Origin: an uncultured Collinsella sp.
Lineage (GTDB): Bacteria; Actinomycetota; Coriobacteriia; Coriobacteriales; Coriobacteriaceae
DNA length: 64,000 nucleotides
Reading direction: 5' to 3'
Assembly: GCA_902494085.1 (NCBI GenBank)
Contig: CABURU010000001.1
Location: 78,475-142,474, forward strand
The translations under genes were made by a program, and so were the position numbers. The notes under the pieces were generated by a model, which saw only the letters and a list, made by a program, of their open reading frames with translations, was not told the DNA's origin and ran no database searches. Shown piece after piece: positions 56,675 through 64,000 of the stretch; the first letter of the stretch is position 1, and the number at the start of each line of letters is the position of its first letter.

Positions 56675-59025
56675 AGCTCAACAACCCCACTGTCAGCGAC
56701 AACACCGAAAGCGGAGCACTCAACATGGTCAAGCTCACTATCGATAATTGCGAGGTCGTGGTGCCCGAGCACACCACGATCCTGGATGCGGCCAAGTCCG
56801 TCGACATCCAGATTCCCACCCTGTGCTACCTGCGCGATCTAAACGAGATCGGCGGCTGCCGCGTGTGCGTGGTCGAGGTTGAGGGCTGCGACCAGCTGGT
56901 TGCCGCCTGCAACAACTACGTGCTCGACGGCATGGTGGTCCGCACCAACAGCCCCAAGGCCCGCGAGGCGCGTCGCACCAACGTGCAGCTGCTACTGTCC
57001 CAACACGACTCGCGCTGTACGAGCTGCGTGCGCAGTGGTAACTGCAACCTGCAGGCCATCGCCAACGACCTGGGCATCTTCTATCTGCCGTACGAGCAGC
57101 ACCTGGCGCGCGAGGGCTGGGACTTCGATTTCCCCATCATCCGCGATAACGACAAGTGCATTAAATGCATGCGCTGCATCAAGGTGTGCGAGAGCGTGCA
57201 GGGCCTAGGGATTTGGGACCTGACCAACCGCGCCACGCATACCGCCGTGGGTACCCGCGGGCGCGCGCCGATCGGCAAGACCGATTGCGTCGCGTGTGGT
57301 CAGTGCATCACGCATTGTCCGACGGGCGCCCTGCGCGAGCGTGACGATACCGAGACCGTGTTCGACGCCATCGCCGATCCCGACAAGATCGTGCTGGTGC
57401 AGATTGCGCCGGCCGTGCGTAGCGCCTGGGGAGAGGAACTCGGCATATCTCGCGAGGAGGCCACCGTTGAGCGCCTGGCTTGCGCACTGCGCCGCGTTGG
57501 CTTTGAGTACGTGTTCGACACCGACTTCTCGGCTGACCTCACCATTATGGAGGAGGGCTCCGAGCTGCTCGAACGCCTGGGTAAGGCCGCCAAGGGCGAG
57601 GGCGACAGCCGCGGCTGGCCCATGTTTACGAGCTGCTGCCCGGGCTGGGTACGCTTTGTGAAGGCGCGTTACCCCGAGTTTGTCGACAGCCTGTCCACGT
57701 CCAAGTCGCCGCAGCAGATGTTCGGCGCCATCGCCAAGACCTACTACGCCAAGGTGCTGGGCGTGGAGCCCGAGCGCCTGTTTGTGGTGTCCGTGATGCC
57801 GTGCACGGCCAAGAAGGCCGAGTGCGCGCTGCCGAGCATGGTGGGCGAGGGCGGCACGCCCGATGTGGACGTTGCGCTGACGGTGCGCGAGATGGTGCGC
57901 ATGGTCCGCGCGAGCCACGTGAGCGTGGATACGCTAGTTGAGGAGCCGCTCGATACGCCGCTGGGCTTTGGCACGGGTGCGGGTGTGATCTTTGGCGCCA
58001 CGGGCGGCGTGATGGAGGCCGCCGTGCGCTCGGCCTATTACCTGGTGACGGGCAAGAACCCCGACGCCGACTTCTTTACCGATGTGCGCGGCCTGGACGG
58101 CTGGAAGGAGGCCGTGGCCGATATCGATGGCACCAAGGTGCGCGTCGCCTCGCTCAAGGGGCCGACCTCGATTGGCCTGGTGCAGTTTATGGACCGGGCA
58201 GCCGATGGCGAGACGGACAATGAGTTCGACTTTGCGATCAATACTGCCGCCGATGAGATTGTGCCCAAGGTCATTCAGGACGATATCGATATCGCCCTGG
58301 TGCCCGCCAACGTGGCGAGCGTACTCTACAACAAGACTGAGGGTGCGGTGCAGGTCATCGACATCAACACGCTGGGCGTGCTGAACGTGGTGACGGGTAA
58401 CGCGGACGTTACTTCGTTTGGCGATCTGGCGGGCCATACCGTCTATATGACGGGCAAGGGCACCACGCCGGAGTACGTCATGAACTACCTGTTGGAGCGC
58501 GCGGGCCTGACCGGCCAGGTGGCGCTTGAGTTTAAGAGCGAGCCCACCGAGGTGCTCTCGGTGCTGCTTGCCGATCCGTCTGCCGTGGGCGTGCTGCCCG
58601 AGCCGTTCAAGACCGCTGCCATCGCAAAGAGCGAAGGCAAGCTGTCGGCGCCGGTGAGTCTGACCGATGTGTGGGATGAGCTGGCGGGCGACACGGGCTC
58701 CCGTTTGCTGACGGGCGTGACCGTGGTGCGTCGGGCCTTTGCCGAGGAGCATCCCGAGGCCGTGGCGGAATTCCTGAGCTGCCATGCTGCGAGCGTTGAG
58801 GACGTGAACGCGGTGCCGGCTGACTGGGCTCAGGCCGTGGTCGATGCGGGTATCGTGGATAACGCCGCGATTGCCGAAAAGGCGATTCCCGGGTGCATGC
58901 TCGTGTGCCAGACGGGGAGGGATATGAAGGCGGCGCTCGGTGGGTACCTGCAGGTGCTGGCCGATGCGGACGCGAGCGCCGTGGGCGGCAAGCTCCCGGC
59001 TGACGATTTCTACTACATGGAGTAG
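56668..59025 (+). CDS. C-terminally truncated group A [FeFe]-hydrogenase fused in frame to an NMT1/SsuA-like ABC substrate-binding protein
   Basis: 2Fe-2S, His-ligated and 2x4Fe-4S motifs, L1 TSCCPGW and L2 MPCTAKKAE are present; L3 is absent; the sequence switches at VRVA to SLKGPTSIGL...PEPF. Confidence 0.85.
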   Translation: MVELNNPTVSDNTESGALNMVKLTIDNCEVVVPEHTTILDAAKSVDIQIPTLCYLRDLNEIGGCRVCVVEVEGCDQLVAACNNYVLDGMVVRTNSPKAREARRTNVQLLLSQHDSRCTSCVRSGNCNLQAIANDLGIFYLPYEQHLAREGWDFDFPIIRDNDKCIKCMRCIKVCESVQGLGIWDLTNRATHTAVGTRGRAPIGKTDCVACGQCITHCPTGALRERDDTETVFDAIADPDKIVLVQIAPAVRSAWGEELGISREEATVERLACALRRVGFEYVFDTDFSADLTIMEEGSELLERLGKAAKGEGDSRGWPMFTSCCPGWVRFVKARYPEFVDSLSTSKSPQQMFGAIAKTYYAKVLGVEPERLFVVSVMPCTAKKAECALPSMVGEGGTPDVDVALTVREMVRMVRASHVSVDTLVEEPLDTPLGFGTGAGVIFGATGGVMEAAVRSAYYLVTGKNPDADFFTDVRGLDGWKEAVADIDGTKVRVASLKGPTSIGLVQFMDRAADGETDNEFDFAINTAADEIVPKVIQDDIDIALVPANVASVLYNKTEGAVQVIDINTLGVLNVVTGNADVTSFGDLAGHTVYMTGKGTTPEYVMNYLLERAGLTGQVALEFKSEPTEVLSVLLADPSAVGVLPEPFKTAAIAKSEGKLSAPVSLTDVWDELAGDTGSRLLTGVTVVRRAFAEEHPEAVAEFLSCHAASVEDVNAVPADWAQAVVDAGIVDNAAIAEKAIPGCMLVCQTGRDMKAALGGYLQVLADADASAVGGKLPADDFYYME

Positions 59026-59028
59026 CCC

Positions 59029-60405
59029 GTGCGTGCGTTTGCTCGACAAATGGCAGAGCGTATGAAGGCGGTGGCGGCAGCAGGTGCCGTTGCCGCCTTT
59101 TGGCTTGCCGTGTGGGTGCTGGTGGCGGGTCTCGTGGCGCAGCCGTTGATTTTGCCGGGGCCGGGCGCTGTCGTGGTGGCGTTGCTACGACTGGTATGCG
59201 ATGCCGGCACATGGGCGATTCTGGCAGGCTCGGGTGCGCGTATCTTGGGCGGGCTGGCGCTTGCCGCGGTGTGCGGCGTCGTGATGGCGGGAGCCTCGGT
59301 GCGGTCGCTGACGTTTGCCCGCTTGGTGGCGCCTGCGCTTTCGTTTGTTAAGGCGACACCGGTTGCCTGCGTGGTGGTCCTGCTGCTCATTTGGTTGGGG
59401 TCGGCGCGCGTGAGCATCGCCGCGGTCTTTTTGATGGCGCTGCCGGGCGTGTATTTTTCGCTGGTCGAGGGTTTGACGCAGGTTGATCAGTCGCTGGAGC
59501 AGATGTTTCATCTGCATGGCGTGCGGGGTTGGCGTCTGTTTTGCGCCCATACCTGGCGCGAGGTCCTGCCGTTTGTGCTTTCGTGCGCGCGTGCCGTGAT
59601 CGGCATGAGCTGGAAGGCCGGCGTGGCGGCGGAGCTCATCGGCATGGCGACGGGCACCGTGGGCGAGCGCATCTATCAGGCGAAGCTGCTCATCGAGACG
59701 GCTGACCTGCTGGCGTGGACCGTGCTGGTCGTGGCGGCATCGTGGGCATGCGAGCGCGTGCTGGTGTGGTTGCTGCGGGCTTCGGGGCCCGTGGCGTGGC
59801 GAACTGCCGTGCGGGCGCATGGGCATGGACTGCGCGGGCGTACAGGGGCTGCGAGCGATGGTGCTGCAGCGGAGCTTGCGCTTGCCGTGGGCGATCGCGC
59901 GCCTTGGGCGCCGGCGCTCGACGGGCTGGTGCTTCATGTGCCCGCCGGTGGACGCACCTGTGTGATGGGCGCTTCGGGCGTGGGCAAGTCGACGTTGCTT
60001 GCGCTGGCGGCGGGGGAGTGCGCACCGTGCTCCATGGTGTTTCAGGATGTGCGCCTGGTCGAGGACGCTTCTGCCTTGGATAATGTGCTGGTGTGCGCCG
60101 ACGCGCGCGTGGATGCCTCGAGTGCCGCAGCCCTGTTGCGCCTGCTGGTACCGGGGATCGATGTGCATGCACGCGTGGCTGAGCTCTCGGGTGGGCAGCG
60201 TCGTCGCGTCGAGATTGCCCGAGCCCTGCTGTGCCCGGGCGGCGCAGTGATTCTGGACGAGCCCTTTACCGGTCTAGACATCGCTGCGCGCGACGCATGC
60301 GCCGAGGTCGTGCTCGACTTGCTCGACGGCCGCATGCTGTTGCTTGCCACGCACGATGCCGCTGACGCTCGGGCCCTCGATATCTCGGATATCATCACGC
60401 TCTAA
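59029..60405 (+). CDS. ABC transporter SsuC/TauC-like permease fused to an ATPase
   Basis: SWKAGVAAELIG permease motif; GASGVGKST, LSGGQRRR and LDEPF. Confidence 0.85.
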   Translation: MRAFARQMAERMKAVAAAGAVAAFWLAVWVLVAGLVAQPLILPGPGAVVVALLRLVCDAGTWAILAGSGARILGGLALAAVCGVVMAGASVRSLTFARLVAPALSFVKATPVACVVVLLLIWLGSARVSIAAVFLMALPGVYFSLVEGLTQVDQSLEQMFHLHGVRGWRLFCAHTWREVLPFVLSCARAVIGMSWKAGVAAELIGMATGTVGERIYQAKLLIETADLLAWTVLVVAASWACERVLVWLLRASGPVAWRTAVRAHGHGLRGRTGAASDGAAAELALAVGDRAPWAPALDGLVLHVPAGGRTCVMGASGVGKSTLLALAAGECAPCSMVFQDVRLVEDASALDNVLVCADARVDASSAAALLRLLVPGIDVHARVAELSGGQRRRVEIARALLCPGGAVILDEPFTGLDIAARDACAEVVLDLLDGRMLLLATHDAADARALDISDIITL

Positions 60406-60489
60406 AAGCCATTTCAGGCGCTAACTCAACAATAAAATGATTCGTTTTCTTCTGTCTCCATGGGGTCGGGTATGGTATTCTATCTACGG

Positions 60490-60518
60490 GGTAATACTTA
60501 GGATTACCAAGTAATACC
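60490..60518. promoter_or_regulatory. Inverted-repeat operator candidate upstream of the RelB-like gene
   Basis: GGTAAT-N7-ATTACC plus a further GTAATACC. Confidence 0.5.
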
Positions 60519-60631
60519 AACGCCGTAGAACAAACTCCAGATGCGGGCCAATCGGGTTGCCTTCACAGCCCGTCGCCCAGCCGCGTGGCCCGCATCCATC
60601 CGCACCACCGTCGTTTCAAGAAGGAAGCGCC

Positions 60632-60835
60632 ATGGCAGAACACATGACCCCGGTTGTCGCGAAGGTTTTGCCCGAGGAAAAGGCGGCCTTCGCGGCGGCA
60701 ACCCAGCTCGTGGGCACCACACCGTCCAACGCCATCCGCATGTTCATCGCCGCTTTCAATCGCTGCGGCACCTTCCCGTTCGACATCTCGCCGAGCGGGG
60801 CTTTTGGCGCTGCGCCCGATTCTCATCAACAATGA
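60632..60835 (+). CDS. RelB/DinJ-like antitoxin (orphan)
   Basis: EEKAAF...GTTPSNAIRMFI....GTFPFDI ribbon-helix-helix pattern; AAGGAAG RBS. Confidence 0.75.
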   Translation: MAEHMTPVVAKVLPEEKAAFAAATQLVGTTPSNAIRMFIAAFNRCGTFPFDISPSGAFGAAPDSHQQ

Positions 60836-60906
60836 CTGTCCCAAACTGCCGGCACTTGGGGACGTTCCTTTTCAGCCGGCAGTTAAGGAACGTCCCTAAG
60901 TGCCGG
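60836..60906. repeat. Chained GGGGAC-core REP-like units (family D)
   Basis: CCGGCACTTGGGGACGTTCCTTTTCAGCCGG plus an inverted copy. Confidence 0.82.
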
Positions 60907-60923
60907 GTTTTGAGGAGGTTGGC

Positions 60924-61835
60924 ATGCTCAATGCGATGGCGTGGGCGCTTGCCTGTTTTGGCGTTGTCGCTGCCGATATAGCCCTGAGCGTGGTTCTGTT
61001 TTCAGTTCTCGATGCCGTGTCGGTGCTGACGGGTTTCCCGATCGACAACCTCGATATTCAATGGTTCCAGGCTGCCGCTCAGACGGCGTCATTTTTGATG
61101 GCGCTGCTGTGGTGGCGTTATCTGTGGCCGCGCTCGTTTATGGCGCGCCGGCAAGGCGAGCGCCCGCTCGGTGGGGGAGCAGGCGCGGCATGGAAGCGCA
61201 TCGTCTGCGTTGTCGTGATCGGCCTGTCCATGCAGGTGGTCATTAGCTACCTATGCGACGGCGTGCTGTCGCTGCTGCCCGAGGTCGCGGCAGACTATAG
61301 CGAGCTCGTCGAGGAAACAGGCATGGGCGACACGAGCTATCTGGCCGTTCTGACCACGGTGATTGGCGCGCCATTTTGCGAAGAGCTCCTGGTGCGCGGC
61401 ATTATTTTCGAGTTTTCGCTCCGAGCGTTTAATCCGCAGTGCCGCCCACTTTGGAAGCGCCGGCGTCGTGCGAGCGCGCAGGACGGCGCCATGGTGCCCT
61501 GGGCGGCCCCAAGCACGTGGGGTATCGCCGCGGCGATTGTGCTGCAGGCGGCAATCTTCGGTTTTATGCACATGAATTGGGTGCAGGGTTGCTACGCGGG
61601 TGCCGCCGGCCTGGTCTTTGGCTGGGTGCTCGTGACCACCGGAAAGCTCCGCTACACGATCCTGCTGCATTTTGCCTTTAACGCCGGGTCTTATCTCATG
61701 ACGTTACTCTGGTTTGTGAACACGCCGTTCGACGTGGCAATTACGGTCGCTATCGCCGGTGTCATCCTCGTTGAGGCAATGCGCTCGCTGCACCACGCGT
61801 GTGGGATGGACGCAGCGAGCGCACCGCTGCCCTAG
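60924..61835 (+). CDS. CPBP (CAAX protease-like) intramembrane metalloprotease
   Basis: APFCEELLVRG, FGFMH and HFAFN motifs. Confidence 0.9.
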   Translation: MLNAMAWALACFGVVAADIALSVVLFSVLDAVSVLTGFPIDNLDIQWFQAAAQTASFLMALLWWRYLWPRSFMARRQGERPLGGGAGAAWKRIVCVVVIGLSMQVVISYLCDGVLSLLPEVAADYSELVEETGMGDTSYLAVLTTVIGAPFCEELLVRGIIFEFSLRAFNPQCRPLWKRRRRASAQDGAMVPWAAPSTWGIAAAIVLQAAIFGFMHMNWVQGCYAGAAGLVFGWVLVTTGKLRYTILLHFAFNAGSYLMTLLWFVNTPFDVAITVAIAGVILVEAMRSLHHACGMDAASAPLP

Positions 61836-63967
61836 TTGCGGCGTCCGCCGCCGTTGGCGCCCTGACGCTCCTGGGCCGCACGGTTGCGGCCCGCGGTGTT
61901 CTGCGCGCGGGACATGCCGCCGTGGCCCTTGCTGCCTTTGGGTCCCTTGCCGGCGGCGCCACCGTGGGCCTTGCCGCCCTTCTTGCCGGTCCCATGTCCG
62001 CCGCTAGCAGGCGTCTCGCCCGGGCGCGGCGGTACGGGACGGATCAGGCAATGCTTGGTGTAGCCGATTAGATCTCGGCGGCCGGCCTTTTCCAGCGCCT
62101 CACGCACAAGTTTGTAGTTCTCGGGCTTGCGGTATTGGATGAGCGCACGCTGCATGGCCTTTTCGTGCGGGTCGCGTGCCACGTAGATCGGCTGCATAGT
62201 GCGCGGATCCACGCCGGTGTAGTACATGCAGGTCGACATAGTGGACGGTGTGGGGTAGAAGTCCTGCACCTGCTCGGGCATGTAGCCCATGTCGCGCACG
62301 GCCTCGGCAAGGTCCACGGCTTCCTTCATCGTCGAACCGGGGTGGCTCGAGATCAGATACGGCACCACGTACTGCTTGAGTCCGTATTCGCGGTTCAAGC
62401 GTTCAAATTTACGACAGAACGCATCGTAGACGGCGCGGCTCGGCTTGCCCATCACGGAGAGCACCGCGTCGCTCACATGCTCGGGCGCCACGCGTAGCTG
62501 GCCCGAGACATGGTGCTCCAGCAGCTCGCGCAAAAACTCGTCCGAGGCATCGGCCATAGTGTAGTCAAAACGGATGCCGCTGCGGACGAAGACCTTCTTG
62601 ACGCCCGGCAGCTGGCGCAGGTCGCGTAGCAGCTGCGTGTAGCCGCTCTCGTCGACCACCATGTTCTTGCACACGTTCGGCCACAGGCAGCGCTTGTTCT
62701 TGCACACGCCGTGCTTGAGCTGCTTGTCGCAGGCCGGGCGGCTAAAGTTTGCCGTCGGTCCGCCCACGTCGTTGATGTAGCCCTTAAACTCGGGATCGCG
62801 CGTGAGCAGCTCGGCCTCGCGCATGATCGAGTCGTGGCTGCGCATCTGCAACACGCGGCCCTGGTGGAAGGTGAGCGCGCAAAACGAGCACTCGCCAAAA
62901 CAGCCGCGGTTGGAGCTAATGGAAAACTTGATCTCGGCAAAGGCCGGCACGCCGCCTGCCGCGTCGTAGTCGGGATGCCAATCGCGTGCGTAGGGGAGTT
63001 CGGCAACCTCGTCCATCTCGTCGGTGGTGAGTGTTGCCGACGGCGGGTTCTGCACCACGTACACGCTGTTGGGATATGGCTCTACCAAGCGATGGCCGGT
63101 GATAGGGTCCATATTTTGCTGCTGCACGTTAAAGCTGCGGGCGTAGTTGAGCTTGTCGGCGGTAAGGTCGTCCCAGCTGGGCAGCAGGTCGTAGTCGTAG
63201 ACCTCGTCGAGCGAACCCGTGCGGTAAACGGTGCCGTTGATATAGGTGATCTGATCGACGGGCAGCCCCGCGTCGAGCGCGTCGGCGATCTCGACGATTG
63301 CGTGCTCGCCCATGCCGTAGATGAGGATGTCGGCGCCCGAGTCGAGCAGCACCGAGCGCTTGAGCTTGTCCTGCCAGTAGTCGTAGTGGGCCAGGCGGCG
63401 CAGGCTTGCCTCGATGCCGCCGATAATGATGGGAGCGTCCTTAAACGTCTGACGGATGAGATTGCCGTAGACCGTGACGGCACGATTGGGGCGGTGCCCC
63501 TCCTCGCCGCCGGGGGTATAGGCGTCGGTGTGGCGGCGGTGCTTGGTTACCGAATAGTGGTTGACCATGGAGTCCATGTTGCCGGCACTGACCAAAAAGC
63601 CCAGGCGCGGCTCGCCGAGCACAGTGATGCTGGCGGGGTCGGTCCAGTCGGGCTGGCAGATGATGCCCACTTTGTAGCCGTGCGCGTCGAGTACGCGGCT
63701 GATGATAGCCATGCCAAAGCTCGGATGGTCCACGTAGGCGTCGCCGCAGATGTAGACAAAGTCGCACTGGTCCCAGCCGCGCGCATCCATATCGGAGCGG
63801 CTGACGGGGAGGAATTTATCGCGGCCCGGACGCCAGGGACGGGCGGGCGCAGCCGGGGCATGCGCGGGTCGCGAGCCCTGGGCCTTGCCGCCGCGCTTTT
63901 GCTGCTGGCCGCGCTGGGCATGCTTGCCGTGCTGGTTGTGCTGAGCGTCCTGGGGCTTTTTTGCCAC
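61832..63967 (-). CDS. YgiQ family radical SAM protein (UPF0313)
   Basis: GDAYVDHPSFG, GNMDSMV, RGCFGECSFC and QVQDFYPTP. Confidence 0.93.
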   Translation of the reverse strand: MAKKPQDAQHNQHGKHAQRGQQQKRGGKAQGSRPAHAPAAPARPWRPGRDKFLPVSRSDMDARGWDQCDFVYICGDAYVDHPSFGMAIISRVLDAHGYKVGIICQPDWTDPASITVLGEPRLGFLVSAGNMDSMVNHYSVTKHRRHTDAYTPGGEEGHRPNRAVTVYGNLIRQTFKDAPIIIGGIEASLRRLAHYDYWQDKLKRSVLLDSGADILIYGMGEHAIVEIADALDAGLPVDQITYINGTVYRTGSLDEVYDYDLLPSWDDLTADKLNYARSFNVQQQNMDPITGHRLVEPYPNSVYVVQNPPSATLTTDEMDEVAELPYARDWHPDYDAAGGVPAFAEIKFSISSNRGCFGECSFCALTFHQGRVLQMRSHDSIMREAELLTRDPEFKGYINDVGGPTANFSRPACDKQLKHGVCKNKRCLWPNVCKNMVVDESGYTQLLRDLRQLPGVKKVFVRSGIRFDYTMADASDEFLRELLEHHVSGQLRVAPEHVSDAVLSVMGKPSRAVYDAFCRKFERLNREYGLKQYVVPYLISSHPGSTMKEAVDLAEAVRDMGYMPEQVQDFYPTPSTMSTCMYYTGVDPRTMQPIYVARDPHEKAMQRALIQYRKPENYKLVREALEKAGRRDLIGYTKHCLIRPVPPRPGETPASGGHGTGKKGGKAHGGAAGKGPKGSKGHGGMSRAQNTAGRNRAAQERQGANGGGRRN

Positions 63968-64000
63968 GATTCCTCCCGGTGTTTGTATGCTGCACGTAAT

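Overview
This is a high-GC anaerobic actinobacterial chromosome segment; gene content suggests Coriobacteriia, probably Collinsella-like (inference). Housekeeping and metabolic genes dominate: tyrS 3' end, adenine deaminase, citrate synthase, rpmE, secA-prfB, split transketolase, ftsEX, RNase R, tRNA-Gln/Glu, smpB, gpmA-mntH, gltBD, copA-copZ-csoR, a DEAD-box helicase, and ygiQ. There are also a MurNAc utilisation operon and an alpha-glucoside PTS operon with a RAT antiterminator. The intergenic DNA carries several palindromic repeat families. The most striking is a 55-bp hairpin unit (15-bp arms, fixed 25-bp core) repeated at an ~80-bp period in 5 arrays (14 units). Two of these arrays bracket an AbiEi-like/DUF559-like putative endonuclease gene, an arrangement like RAYT-REP but with a different enzyme. 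A second array with a 62-bp period abuts another AbiEi-like ORF. A GltD-linked [FeFe]-hydrogenase lacks its third H-cluster motif and is fused in frame to an ABC substrate-binding protein, which indicates a deletion or an assembly chimera. No CRISPR-Cas, rRNA, transposase or prophage was seen.
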